Shown: positions 19,557 through 29,537, counted from the stretch's first letter. The stretch: DNA of 64,000 bases from Dehalococcoidia bacterium (GCA_963666265.2 CAXXHW010000006.1:572999-636998); one strand, 5' to 3'. The notes: a model not told the origin generated them from the letters alone. Numbers and translations: made by a program.

Positions 19557-21410
19557 ATGAAACGGTTCGTGACTCTGACAACTGTTGGATTGGTCGTAGC
19601 TCTTCTCATCGCCGCGTGCGGAGGGGGTGGCGATCCTACAGCGACTCCGGCTCCCACGGCAACGCCGCAGCCGACAGCAACCCCAGTGCCGGGCCAACCT
19701 ACCTCAACGCCCGCGCCAACGTCCACACCGCAGCCAACGATAACGCCCGTGCCCACGGCGACGGTGCCTCCAACGATTACGCCGACGCCTGAAGGGATCA
19801 TCCAGCGAGGTGGCGTGCTGGTCCAGGGCGATGGCGTCGGCGGCGCCCTGGCTATCAACTCCTTCCAGGACGGCATAAGAAATCCGCTTTGGGGCCCGGC
19901 CAACGGAGTAAGCTCCCGCCTCGTCTACCAGACACTGTTCCATAATGACCCCTACAACAACAACGTCTTTGAGGGCATCCTGGTCGATACATGGGTGTTC
20001 AGCGCAAGCGCCGACAAGCTCACCATCCAGCTCAAGCCGGAAGCTATATGGGCGGATGGCATGCCGGTCATTGCCCAGGACGTAAAGTTCACCATCGATA
20101 CCATAGTCAACCCGCCCGAAGAGTTCACCTCCGGCAGGAACATCAGGACATCCGTAGCCAGCACCGCGGTTATCGATGAAAGGTCGCTAGAGATAACCCT
20201 TAATGGGCCTGACGTTTCCTTCCTTTCGTTTGTGGCGGAGCCATCGGCCCTCATCCGACCGGCGCACCGGACACTTGAGCAATCGGCCAGGGAGCCCATG
20301 GGATCCGGCGCATTCGAGCTCATAGACATCCAGGATGGCGTCAAGTTCACCTTTATCAACAACCCGCGTTACTGGCTGAAGGACAGTGAGGGCGGCCAGC
20401 TGCCCTACCTGAACGGTGTTGAGAACATCATCATCCCTGACCCAAGCCGGGCTTATGCCGCCATTTTGACGGGCCAGCTCGACATGCTGAACACCATCTG
20501 GCGCACGACGATCGTCTCCAAGATAGACGATATCAACAGGCGTATGCCAACGGCCACCCAGCAATTCCTGGTTGGCGGGAGCCACGGGTGGGGGGTCAGG
20601 AATAAGGCTCCGTTCACTGATCTACGGGTAACGAAGGCGCTGAACATCATCACCGACCGTTTGCTCATGGTAGAGCTGGCTTTTGCCGGGTTCGCCGTGA
20701 TCGACGGGGCGGGGGCGATGCCTGCCAGCAGCGGTCTGCCGTGGGCCCTCCCCATGGATGAGATAATGAGCACCCCCGGTTGGCGCTACCTGAACAGGAA
20801 CACCGGCGAGCTGGAGCTCGACGTGTTCAAGGTCCAGGAGGGGGGCGACACGGTCTACGAGAAGGACCCTGCAGACATTGCAACGGCGATGCAGCTCTTG
20901 GATGAAGTGGGGTTGATCCCATTCCCGGACATAACGATAGCCTCAGATAACATCTTCGAGCCTCGCGCCGTGGTTATCGCCGGGATGCTCCAGGAGCTGT
21001 TGGGGAACAAAGTCACCCTGGACATCGTGGACATTTCCAGCAACATACAAAGGATCCGAGCGGGTAACTTCGACGTCGTTGTCTGGCTCGTCCACACCGG
21101 TACAGCAGAGCCGAGCATATCCCTGGGTCAGTTCCTTTCTGACGGAGGGTTCTGGGACCATGGGTTCGACACGTCTGCCCTGGACGCTCTTCACGTTGCA
21201 CAGAAATCGGCAATCGATCCAGCCGAGCGCAAGGAAATCATCTTTGAGTTCCAGCGGCGAATCATGGAAGGGGAAAGCGCCCGGATTCCCGTGGTCAACT
21301 CTCGTGGCCCCGGCGGACTAGCTCGAGAGTGGGTCCGGAACGTCGCTCAGCCGGTCGTTACAGGAAGCAATACCTACTCCCTCGATCGGACCTGGCTGGC
21401 GGAGCGGTAG
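19557..21410 (+). CDS. ABC transporter substrate-binding lipoprotein, family 5 (peptide/nickel/opine type), with a Pro/Thr-rich linker
   Basis: Signal peptide and lipobox LLIAACGG. About 55 aa of PTATPAPTATPQPTATP... low complexity follows, then an SBP_bac_5-like body. RBS AAGGGAGG. It is a paralog of 52336..54198. Confidence 0.9.
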   Translation: MKRFVTLTTVGLVVALLIAACGGGGDPTATPAPTATPQPTATPVPGQPTSTPAPTSTPQPTITPVPTATVPPTITPTPEGIIQRGGVLVQGDGVGGALAINSFQDGIRNPLWGPANGVSSRLVYQTLFHNDPYNNNVFEGILVDTWVFSASADKLTIQLKPEAIWADGMPVIAQDVKFTIDTIVNPPEEFTSGRNIRTSVASTAVIDERSLEITLNGPDVSFLSFVAEPSALIRPAHRTLEQSAREPMGSGAFELIDIQDGVKFTFINNPRYWLKDSEGGQLPYLNGVENIIIPDPSRAYAAILTGQLDMLNTIWRTTIVSKIDDINRRMPTATQQFLVGGSHGWGVRNKAPFTDLRVTKALNIITDRLLMVELAFAGFAVIDGAGAMPASSGLPWALPMDEIMSTPGWRYLNRNTGELELDVFKVQEGGDTVYEKDPADIATAMQLLDEVGLIPFPDITIASDNIFEPRAVVIAGMLQELLGNKVTLDIVDISSNIQRIRAGNFDVVVWLVHTGTAEPSISLGQFLSDGGFWDHGFDTSALDALHVAQKSAIDPAERKEIIFEFQRRIMEGESARIPVVNSRGPGGLAREWVRNVAQPVVTGSNTYSLDRTWLAER

Positions 21411-21477
21411 CACTGGACCAAGATTCCTCACCGGCTCTCATCATGTAAGTCAAGACATGGGGCCGGTTGAGCGCTAC

Positions 21478-21522
21478 GAAACAATAAGGGGGCTGTCACG
21501 GTGACAGCCCCCTTATTGTTTC
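21478..21522. terminator. Bidirectional hairpin terminator between convergent genes
   Basis: Perfect 22-bp stem GAAACAATAAGGGGGCTGTCAC / GTGACAGCCCCCTTATTGTTTC around a single central nucleotide, with an A-tract on the left and a T-tract on the right. Confidence 0.7.
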
Positions 21523-21557
21523 GTAACGTTTGTATGTCGACTATACGTGCGCGTTCT

Positions 21558-22007
21558 TCATGACTGGCTGCCCAAAGGGGCAGACCGCGAAGGCTCGGGT
21601 AGAAGCGTAATCCCCTTGGCATCCAACAGTCGCTTGAACCCCTCCGAGTCCGTCGGCGTTACGCCAGTCCCGTTGGGACCGATGAAGACCTCGAGAATGG
21701 TCGTGCCCTGTTTCCCCGCGATGAGGGGGCCGAAGGGAGTCCCCTTCTCCAGAATGATCGTGGACCCCGGCAGGCACGGGACATCCCCCACAAGGAGGTC
21801 TCCTTCAAGGATGTGGATCACCTCATCCCCCGTGTGGCTATGCCTCTCCAGAACGAGGCCAGGGTCGTACCGCGTGTAAAGGACGACCCGATCAGGAGTC
21901 CGCTGGATTTGTCTTATATGTACAGCGACCCTTTTGCCCCCTTGCATCTGGGGCCTCACTTCTTGCCAAGGAATGTCGTCCAGGTTCTCAATGGTCAAGC
22001 CGGACAT
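21558..22007 (-). CDS. Cupin domain protein
   Basis: LERHSHTGDEVIHILEGDL cupin motif 1. The start is at MSGLTIENL with RBS AAAGGGGGAG. The longer track ORF start at 22190 is rejected. Confidence 0.75.
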   Translation of the reverse strand: MSGLTIENLDDIPWQEVRPQMQGGKRVAVHIRQIQRTPDRVVLYTRYDPGLVLERHSHTGDEVIHILEGDLLVGDVPCLPGSTIILEKGTPFGPLIAGKQGTTILEVFIGPNGTGVTPTDSEGFKRLLDAKGITLLPEPSRSAPLGSQS

Positions 22008-22229
22008 CGTCTCCCCCTTTATCGCAAATCGGGGCGCGAGACCGGGAGCCGCCCCGGCCCCATCATACACCTCGGTGATAAAGAGAAAGCCAGGCACAGG
22101 TCCCACCACCGTATCGACCTTGTTGACGGCGCAATAGACCGGATGTACACTCGCCCCTTGTAAGGGGTTGCCTCCGTCGGGCGGAGGCAACTTGAAAGCG
22201 TGACTCCTGGATCAAAGGGGGCTGTCCCG

Positions 22230-23336
22230 ATGGCAAAAGAGCACCGTGTTATTTCAGCGGACTCCCACGTGAACCCGCTGCCGACCATCTTTCAGGAATA
22301 CACGCCGGCGAAGTTCAGAGATCGCGCTCCTCGCGTCGAGCAGAGGGGCGATCGGCAGGTCATGGTCTTCGATGGGAGGGAGTCCGGCGCCACCGGGCTC
22401 TCTTCGATAGCCGGCACAAAGTACAAGGATTACAAAATTCAGGCCAAGACCTTCGACGTGGGGCGCAAGGGCGGCTTCGACCCCCATGCGCGCGTTGAGG
22501 ACATGGACCTGGACAGCGTGGACGCCGAGGTCCTCTACGGCGGCACCGTGAACCTGCAAACGGACGACCGCGATCTCCGGGTCGCCCTCATGCAGGCCTA
22601 CAACGACTGGTTGGCGGACTTCTGCAAAGCGTACCCGGACCGGCTCGTCGGCATCGCCGAGATCCCTACCTACGACACGGACCTGGCCATCGCCGAGGCC
22701 ACGCGCATCCGCAAGAACGGTCTCCGCGGCGTGCTCATTCCGGCTATCCCTGGGATCGAGGGGTCCTGGTCCACTCCGGCCGACCGTCCATACACCGACT
22801 CCTGGTACGATCCCCTCTGGAGCTGCCTGGCGGACCTGGAGATGCCCGCCCACATGCACCTGGGGGCCAGGCCCCTCACCAACGGCCTGGCGAGCAATCT
22901 CATTGTCTCAGTCACCTGCAACAAGGCGATGATGATGGAGCCCATCGCCAGCCTGATCGCCTCCGGGGCTCTGGAGAGGCACCCCAAGCTCAAAATTGTC
23001 TCGGTGGAGTCAGGCATCGGTTGGATGGCCTTCACAGTCCCGTGGATGGACAAGGTCTGGGAGAAGCACCGGTACTGGACAGAAAGTCCGCTGAAGGAGA
23101 CGCCCAGCTTCTATTTCCATCGCCAGGTACTGGGCACCTTCATCGAGGATGAAGTAGGGGTGAGAGAGCGCCACGTCATCGGAGTCGAGAACATCATGTG
23201 GTCCACTGACTACCCCCACGCCGATAGCACATGGCCCCACTCGCAACAGGCTATAGAGGCGGACTTCCAGGGCGTCCCTGAGGACGAGAAGCGGCAGATC
23301 ATCGGCGGGAATGCCGCCCGACTGTACGGCCTGTAG
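22230..23336 (+). CDS. Amidohydrolase-2 family metal-dependent hydrolase
   Basis: ISADSHVNP metal-binding HxH-type N-terminus and WSTDYPHADSTWP C-terminal motif. It is a paralog of the interrupted gene at 9940..11073. Confidence 0.9.
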   Translation: MAKEHRVISADSHVNPLPTIFQEYTPAKFRDRAPRVEQRGDRQVMVFDGRESGATGLSSIAGTKYKDYKIQAKTFDVGRKGGFDPHARVEDMDLDSVDAEVLYGGTVNLQTDDRDLRVALMQAYNDWLADFCKAYPDRLVGIAEIPTYDTDLAIAEATRIRKNGLRGVLIPAIPGIEGSWSTPADRPYTDSWYDPLWSCLADLEMPAHMHLGARPLTNGLASNLIVSVTCNKAMMMEPIASLIASGALERHPKLKIVSVESGIGWMAFTVPWMDKVWEKHRYWTESPLKETPSFYFHRQVLGTFIEDEVGVRERHVIGVENIMWSTDYPHADSTWPHSQQAIEADFQGVPEDEKRQIIGGNAARLYGL

Positions 23337-23360
23337 CCGGACCTGACAACCGGCCAGGTC

Positions 23361-25058
23361 TTACCGGTACCAGCCGCTCCTGAGCACTTTGCCGGGTAGG
23401 ACGCCTACTTCGTTCCCTTCCCAGATAGTAGGTTGTCCGTTGACGATGACGTACTGCACCCCCGTGGCTTTCTGGATCCAGCGGGTCAGCCCTCCGGGGA
23501 AATCGTTTGCAGGTTCTTTGTCGAGAGCGTCGAGGCTGGCGGGATCGAAGACCATGATGTCCGCCGCGGCGCTCACGCGGAGAGTGCCCCTGTCGGCCAA
23601 ACCAAGGAAACGCGCAGGCACCGAGGTGATCTTCTTGACGCCTTCTTCCAGGCTCATGATGGCCTTGTCCAGCACCCATCGGCGAAGGAAGTAGGTCCCT
23701 TCGCCGGCTTTGCATTCAGCCCCGAGATGGGCGCCGGCGTCGGAGGTCATCGGGACGCAATGGGGGTTGCTATAGACCCTTGCCTTGGCTTCGTCGAACC
23801 AGTCGGACGCTGGCTGAAGCCGGGTCAGCAGCACGGTTTTGAGGTCCTCGGAAAGCGACAAGTCCAGCAATGCATCCGCCAGGTGCTTGCCCCGCTTCGT
23901 CGCGATCTCTCGAACGCTGAGTCCTTCGAATTGGCGGTTCTCTTCCCGCTGGACCTGGTGGATGCCGAGCACGTCCCAATTGATTCGTGGCCGGCGCATG
24001 ACCTTCCCGTTCATCTCCGCCTCGGCGTCCACCTCGTCCCGAAGCTTTTGTCGTAGCTCTGGTGAGGCGAACAATCCTTGGCGCTCCTCAGCGGGTTTGT
24101 CCATGATGCTCATCCAGGTATCCATGCTGTTGAAATGGGTCGTCCCGCCGTACAGGCTGACGTACTTGTAGAAGGGCTGCGGGCTCGACACACCCCAGAT
24201 GTCCGCACCCTTGGCCGTGGAGGCGCCCATGAACTCCCAGGCGTCTCCCCCGCCAAAGCCGTTAAGTTGAATGGGCTTCCGAGCAGCGTCCGTCATCTGC
24301 AGGATTAAGTCTTTGTCCTCCTGCGACATGCCTCCAAAGACCCCACTGGGAATGAGTCCCATAGAAGTGGCGGGTAAGTTGCGTAGCTCGCCGGCCAGCC
24401 TGATCAGCTCCTCTGGAGCAGCCTGGCGGCTGGGGACCGGTCTCACCTCCCAGTCGTAGTGGCTGGGGGCCCTAGACGAGGTAAAGCCAAAGGCGCCGCC
24501 GGCGATGCTATCGCGGAGATCGGCGCACATGGCATCGATTTCATCCGCGGTAGCCTCCCTCTCTAGCGAATCGGCCCCCATGACGTGGTACCGAAGGGAG
24601 GAGTGGCCGACCATGGCCACGACGTTGAGTCCTAACCCGCGGTCCAGGGTGTCCAAGTACTCCTTGAACGAGACCCAGGACCAGGGCAGGCCGGTCCTCA
24701 GGAGCTCCATAGGCATCTCCTCAACCCGGCCGAACATGTGGATCAGGTACTCCCGATTCTCCGGGAGGCACGGCGCCAGGCTGTAGCCGCATAAGCCGGT
24801 CATGACCGTGGTAACCCCGTGCCAGGACGATGGGGTGCCCTTCGGCTCAAACAGCAGCTGCCCGTCCAAATGGGTGTGAGGGTCTACGATCCCCGGCGAG
24901 ACGATCAGTCCCGTTGCGTCAATCACCTGTTCCGCGCCGTCCAGGTGGTCCCCCATCGCCACGATCTTGCCGCCATTAACAAGGAGATCCGCCTGATACC
25001 GCGGCGCCCCTGTACCATCCACGACGGTCCCGCCTCGTATAAGAAGTCCACTCATCAT
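23361..25058 (-). CDS. N-acyl-D-amino-acid deacylase (D-aminoacylase) family amidohydrolase
   Basis: LLIRGGTVVDGTG...GIVDPHTHLDGQ N-terminus and a ~565 aa Amidohydro_3 architecture. RBS GGGAG. Confidence 0.9.
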   Translation of the reverse strand: MMSGLLIRGGTVVDGTGAPRYQADLLVNGGKIVAMGDHLDGAEQVIDATGLIVSPGIVDPHTHLDGQLLFEPKGTPSSWHGVTTVMTGLCGYSLAPCLPENREYLIHMFGRVEEMPMELLRTGLPWSWVSFKEYLDTLDRGLGLNVVAMVGHSSLRYHVMGADSLEREATADEIDAMCADLRDSIAGGAFGFTSSRAPSHYDWEVRPVPSRQAAPEELIRLAGELRNLPATSMGLIPSGVFGGMSQEDKDLILQMTDAARKPIQLNGFGGGDAWEFMGASTAKGADIWGVSSPQPFYKYVSLYGGTTHFNSMDTWMSIMDKPAEERQGLFASPELRQKLRDEVDAEAEMNGKVMRRPRINWDVLGIHQVQREENRQFEGLSVREIATKRGKHLADALLDLSLSEDLKTVLLTRLQPASDWFDEAKARVYSNPHCVPMTSDAGAHLGAECKAGEGTYFLRRWVLDKAIMSLEEGVKKITSVPARFLGLADRGTLRVSAAADIMVFDPASLDALDKEPANDFPGGLTRWIQKATGVQYVIVNGQPTIWEGNEVGVLPGKVLRSGWYR

Positions 25059-25528
25059 TAGCTCCCAAACTCGACAGTTAGCATGCTACACACACGACTC
25101 GCGTTTCCGGGCCGTCTCGGCGGTCCCGCTGCTCATCACAGCCACCATGTCTAGAACTCAGCACCGACGCCAGGGAATGGGGTAATTTTCGCGTAGCCTC
25201 GCGCCGCATGTAACGAGCAATCCGAGCCAGCCGGAACCGTGAGTTACCTCGAATCTCCACCCCTTACGGCATGGAGGTTACCTTTCACTCCAATCCATGT
25301 CAAGTCTCATTTGCGAACGTAGCAAGCCCTGTTGCGAAGCCTACTACTCCTCCAGGATATCCCCAACGAAATACAAGCCAACAAGCCTGGACCCGACTGC
25401 TTTACGACGCCAACCGGGAGCAGGACGGAGCCCGGTCCTGGGACGACGCACTGAAAAAGCCGGCTGCCGAGAAGGCGGGAGGCATGTAGAGGACGCGGCA
25501 CTGCCCTTCTGGGTGCCTTCGGCCCGCG

Positions 25529-26290
25529 CTACACCATATGGGTGCCGAGGTTGGCGTGGAGGGTCTGGCCGGAGAGGGCGTTGCTTTCGGAGATGGCCGC
25601 ATAGATCATAACTTCGGCCACCTCTTCGGCTGCTAAGGATCGGTTGAAGGGAGTCGAGCGAGCCTGCATCCCCTCCGCCGGTTCGGACGGCCCTTGTTCA
25701 GCGCCCATTGCGGTATTGGTAGGGCCGGGCGCCACCGTGATGACACTGATGTTATCGGGTGCCAGCTCCAGCGCAAGGTTTTTGCTGAAGATAACCACCC
25801 CGGCCTTCGAGGCCCCGTAGACCCCCAGGCCGCCCTTCAACGGCTGAAAGGCCCCGCCCGAGGCTGTGTTCACGATCCGTCCACCACCTTGCTTCCGCAT
25901 GTAGGGGACAACCGCCTGGCAGGTGAGAATGGTGCCGCGCAGATTGACGTTGATGAGCCTGTCGAAGTGCTCGTCGGTAATATCGTCAATGCCGGCCATC
26001 TCTACAATGCCTGCGATGTTCGCCAGGACATCAATGCGCCCGAACTCCTTTACGGCCCGCTCCACCATGGCCTCAACGTTGGCGCGCTGGGAGATATCCG
26101 TCTGCACATAGATGGCGTCTTTTCCGGTTTTCTCCTTAACCGCCGTCACCGCCTCCTGGCCCCAGTCATCCCGAACGTCGGCTATCACGATATCCATGCC
26201 ATGCTCGGCCAGACCCAGGGCGGTTGCTCGTCCCATGCCCCAGGGCCGGGCAGCCCCGGTAACGATAGCCACCTTCCTTTGGGAAGTCAT
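25529..26290 (-). CDS. SDR family oxidoreductase
   Basis: VAIVTGAARPWGMG, NIAG, YGASKAG. RBS AAGGAGAGG before the ATG at 26290. Confidence 0.9.
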   Translation of the reverse strand: MTSQRKVAIVTGAARPWGMGRATALGLAEHGMDIVIADVRDDWGQEAVTAVKEKTGKDAIYVQTDISQRANVEAMVERAVKEFGRIDVLANIAGIVEMAGIDDITDEHFDRLINVNLRGTILTCQAVVPYMRKQGGGRIVNTASGGAFQPLKGGLGVYGASKAGVVIFSKNLALELAPDNISVITVAPGPTNTAMGAEQGPSEPAEGMQARSTPFNRSLAAEEVAEVMIYAAISESNALSGQTLHANLGTHMV

Positions 26291-26341
26291 ATGCCTCTCC
26301 TTCTCTCGACTACCAGCCATAGCAGGAGCAGGTGTTACGCC

Positions 26342-27085
26342 TTACAGCACGCCTTCTTGTGGCATCACCACGATCTCATCGACCGCCGCCGTCGATGAGA
26401 TCGTCAGGGTGGCTACCACGGACTCGGCCACATCTTCGGGCCGCAGCATCTTGGCCCTGTCCGGAGTCCACTCCATCGGGTCCCAGAGTGGCGTGTCCAC
26501 CGACCCCGGTGACACGGTAATAACCCTGAGCCCTTGTTTTCGCACCTCCAAGGCCAAGGCCCGAGAGAAGCCGAGAACCCCATGCTTGGCTGCACAATAT
26601 GCCGTCGAGTTCTCGAACCCTTGATGAGCGGCTATCGAAGCGATATTGACGATGTCTCCCCTGCCCCTCTCGAGCATATGCGGTACCACTTGCCTGCAGC
26701 AGAGGAAGACCCCCTTGAGGTTCGAGTCCACCACCTGGTCCCACTGCTCCAAGGCGGTCTCCCCAATCGGAGTAAAGTACACGGACCCGGCGCTGTTCAC
26801 CAGGATGTCTACGCCTCCGAACGCGCTCACCGCGCTCTGGACTGCGCGACGGACTGGCTCCTCCTGCGCTACATCCGCGGGGGCGATCAGAGGCTTCTCA
26901 CCATCGTTGCGCAGGTCGTCGGCGATGGCTCGAAGCTTGTCCTCCGAGCGCGCTACCAAGCAGAGCTTGACCCCCTCCTGTGCAAGCCGTCTCGCGATCG
27001 CCAGGCCGATGCCGCTGGAGGCCCCGGTTACGATACAGGCTTTACCTTTAAGGGACAGCACGGCCCTCTTCCTTTTCTCCGGCAT
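26342..27085 (-). CDS. SDR family oxidoreductase (candidate sepiapterin/pterin reductase by context)
   Basis: CIVTGASSGIGLAIA, NSAG, YCAAKHG. The maximal ORF overlaps the PTPS stop by 38 nt. An alternative GTG at 27061 is preceded by AAGGAAGAGG and would overlap by 14 nt. Confidence 0.9.
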   Translation of the reverse strand: MPEKRKRAVLSLKGKACIVTGASSGIGLAIARRLAQEGVKLCLVARSEDKLRAIADDLRNDGEKPLIAPADVAQEEPVRRAVQSAVSAFGGVDILVNSAGSVYFTPIGETALEQWDQVVDSNLKGVFLCCRQVVPHMLERGRGDIVNIASIAAHQGFENSTAYCAAKHGVLGFSRALALEVRKQGLRVITVSPGSVDTPLWDPMEWTPDRAKMLRPEDVAESVVATLTISSTAAVDEIVVMPQEGVL

Positions 27086-27500
27086 ATTCGAAGCTATTGT
27101 CCCGAGTCTCCACCAGCCTTAGCCTGTGAAGCTTTCGGTCCGGAATCGCATCCCGGAGGAGGCTCCACACCTGGCGAACGATATTTTCACCAGTGGGGAC
27201 CATCTCCAGGTAGTCCTCCACGTCCAGGTTCAGATGTTTGTGGTCATACCGCTCCACCACCTGTTGCTGCACGATGGCATCGAGCAGCCCCAGGTCGAAG
27301 CACATGCCGGTTTTCGGGTCCACCTCGCCCGCGACCGTGACGAACAGCTGATAGTTGTGGCCATGCCCGTTGGCGTTAGCGCACTTGCCGAAGACCGCTT
27401 GATTCTCGGCCTCGGAAAGCATCGAGGAAAAAAGACGATGGGAGGCTGCGAAGCGGTACCGGCGCGAAAGGTAGACTCTGCCGTGAGGGCTTCCCATCAT
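27048..27500 (-). CDS. 6-pyruvoyl-tetrahydropterin synthase (PTPS-I type, QueD superfamily), copy 1
   Basis: ASHRL, SEAENQAVFGKCANANGHGHNY, DHKHLN, PTGEN. The Cys-x5-HGH spacing and overall pattern match animal-type PTPS as I remember it, rather than the QueD C-x3-HGH spacing. Confidence 0.9.
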   Translation of the reverse strand: MMGSPHGRVYLSRRYRFAASHRLFSSMLSEAENQAVFGKCANANGHGHNYQLFVTVAGEVDPKTGMCFDLGLLDAIVQQQVVERYDHKHLNLDVEDYLEMVPTGENIVRQVWSLLRDAIPDRKLHRLRLVETRDNSFEYAGEKEEGRAVP

Positions 27501-27913
27501 GAACCCCCGTCATGCTCCACGTACAAGTCCTCGTCCTCGTGAAGTCGGACCCCTGCCAGCCTGGCGCCATCCGGGAGCCGCGCCTGGACGAGCTCGAATA
27601 AGGTTACCGCCAGGTTCTCAGTCGTTGGGATTCGTTCCTTGAAGTAGGCTGTGTCCTCATTCAGATGCTTGTGCTCGAACTCGTCGAGAACCCCTTCCAC
27701 GACCGCCTTGATATCCACGAGATTGATGACCATCCCGGTAATCGGGTCAACGGGGCCTCGAACGGTCACTTCAAGTAGGTAATTATGGCCGTGGCCGTTA
27801 GTGGAGGCGCACTTGCCGAAGACCCTGAGGTTCTCCGCCTCCGACCACTCCGGGAGGTAGTAGCGATGGGAGGACGAGAACTCGAAACTCTTCGTCAACG
27901 AAGCCTCAGTCAT
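27497..27913 (-). CDS. 6-pyruvoyl-tetrahydropterin synthase (PTPS-I type), copy 2
   Basis: SSHRY, SEAENLRVFGKCASTNGHGHNY, EHKHLN, PTTEN. The start is at MTEASL (27913). An ATGA overlap links it to copy 1. The Arg/Pro-rich N-terminal extension of the track ORF to 28324 is rejected. Confidence 0.9.
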   Translation of the reverse strand: MTEASLTKSFEFSSSHRYYLPEWSEAENLRVFGKCASTNGHGHNYLLEVTVRGPVDPITGMVINLVDIKAVVEGVLDEFEHKHLNEDTAYFKERIPTTENLAVTLFELVQARLPDGARLAGVRLHEDEDLYVEHDGGS

Positions 27914-28118
27914 CAGCCCTTCAACCCTTTCTTGAGCCAACCCGCCAGCTTTCCCGTACCGGGTTGGACCTCTCCCACCCTGGCTGCTTTGACGGACCTG
28001 GGCATCGGCGCCGGCGCTCGACCTGTTTCGTGGCTCACAGTGTAGCACAGGCAACAACCGCTCCTGATCGGCTCGACGACGACGAGGAAGGGCTATCTCG
28101 CGATGAGTAGAACCAACG

Positions 28119-29537
28119 CTACCTCGCGGTTGTCTCGCTCTCTCGACCATCGAGCTTGAACTGAGCGGATGCCTCGTCCAGTGTCTTGGCCAGATCGGCC
28201 AGGGACTGGGAGGAAGCCACGACCTGCTGCACCTGCGCGCTGATCTCCTCCGCTGCGGCGGATGCCTCCTGAGCGCCTGAGCTGCTCTGCTCCGACGCCG
28301 CGGCGACGGACTGGATCGCGTCATTCACCTGGTTGCTGTTGGCCGCCATCTGCTGCGTCGCCGCCGTGTTTTGCTCCACGATGGTGTTCACACCGTCGAC
28401 GGCCTTCACGCCTTCATCGGCGGAGGCGGCCATCTCCTCGGCGCCGGCGGAGATCTGCTCGATCTGCGCGGCAACCTTGCTGACGGCGTCCAGGATCTGG
28501 CCCAGGGCCTTGCCCGCCTCGTCGGTCATCTGCGCCCCCTCCTCCACCTCCTTGGCCTGCTCTTCCGTGGCCTTGATGGACTCAGCCACGCTGGTCTGAA
28601 TGCTGTCGATCAGGCTGGCGATCTCCTTGGTGGCGTCGGTGACCCGCTCGGCCAGCTTCCTGACCTCGTCCGCCACCACGGCAAACCCGCGGCCTTGCTC
28701 CCCGGCCCGCGCAGCCTCGATGGCCGCGTTGAGGGCCAGCAGGTTGGTCTGGGCGGCGATATCGTCGATCACCGCCACGATCTTGCCGATCTCCTGGGAC
28801 TGTCCGCCGAGCTTGTTGATCTGCTCCGACGACAGCTCCACAGCCGCCTTGATACGGCCCATGCCTTCCACGTTCTTGTCCACCATCTGGGCGCCCTGTT
28901 GGGCAGCCTCATTCGCTTCGCGCGAGCCGTCCGCCGCCTCCTGAGCATTCTTGGCGACTTCAGCGGCGGCGCCGGATACCTGGTTCATGATGGAGACGGT
29001 CTGCGCCACGCCGGCCGCCTGCTCCTGGCTGCCCTGCGCGATGTGCTCGATCGCCCTGGTCAGCTCTCCCATGGCGCCTCGAGCCTGGTCCACGCTCTCC
29101 ACCTGCGACGTCGCCCCCTGGGCCACCGCTTGGCTGGTGGAGGCAATGCCGCTGGTGGCCTTCCCGGCCTCGTCGGAGGCGCTGGCCAGCTGGCCGCTGG
29201 CATCCGTCAGGTCGACAGCGGTGCCTCGGACCCGGCCGATGAGGGTCTTGAGGCTATCCAGCATCCGGACCACCTCGTTGCCCAGGACGTCCTTCTCCGA
29301 AGCGGCCTTGGCGGTGACGGATAGGTCGCCATCGGCGATGGTCTCAGTGACCCGGGTTATATCCTGTATGTAGCTCTGCATGTCGCCGTAGGACTTGGCC
29401 ATCTCACCGATCTCATCGGACGACTTCACCTCCACCTTGGCGGTGAGGTCGCCAACGGCGATCTGCTTCATCGCCCCGGCTACCTCGCTGACGCCCTTGG
29501 AGATCATCCGCGACAGGAGGAAGCCCAGCGCCAGCAT
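28119..29537 (-). CDS. Methyl-accepting chemotaxis protein, C-terminal part (half a TM helix, HAMP, MA signalling domain)
   Basis: HAMP region ([27 protein letters not shown]) and the highly conserved MCP hairpin [41 protein letters not shown]. Confidence 0.85.
   Translation of the reverse strand: MLALGFLLSRMISKGVSEVAGAMKQIAVGDLTAKVEVKSSDEIGEMAKSYGDMQSYIQDITRVTETIADGDLSVTAKAASEKDVLGNEVVRMLDSLKTLIGRVRGTAVDLTDASGQLASASDEAGKATSGIASTSQAVAQGATSQVESVDQARGAMGELTRAIEHIAQGSQEQAAGVAQTVSIMNQVSGAAAEVAKNAQEAADGSREANEAAQQGAQMVDKNVEGMGRIKAAVELSSEQINKLGGQSQEIGKIVAVIDDIAAQTNLLALNAAIEAARAGEQGRGFAVVADEVRKLAERVTDATKEIASLIDSIQTSVAESIKATEEQAKEVEEGAQMTDEAGKALGQILDAVSKVAAQIEQISAGAEEMAASADEGVKAVDGVNTIVEQNTAATQQMAANSNQVNDAIQSVAAASEQSSSGAQEASAAAEEISAQVQQVVASSQSLADLAKTLDEASAQFKLDGRESETTAR

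Noticed and set aside
27914-28324. The Arg/Pro/Ser-rich 137-aa N-terminal extension of the second PTPS ORF.
   Set aside because: It overlaps the 3' end of the chemoreceptor gene and has nonsense-like composition. A good RBS precedes the Met at 27913, where PTPS homology begins.
28371-29324. A 317-aa + strand ORF antisense to the chemoreceptor. Similar long antisense ORFs occur at 8490..9104, 12846..13730, 31850..32815, 36482..37321, 45691..46761 and 49616..50269.
   Set aside because: All lie fully inside well-supported genes on the other strand. Their products are Arg/Gly/Pro/Leu-rich with no motifs. Such shadow ORFs are the expected artefact of high GC and stop-poor antisense frames.
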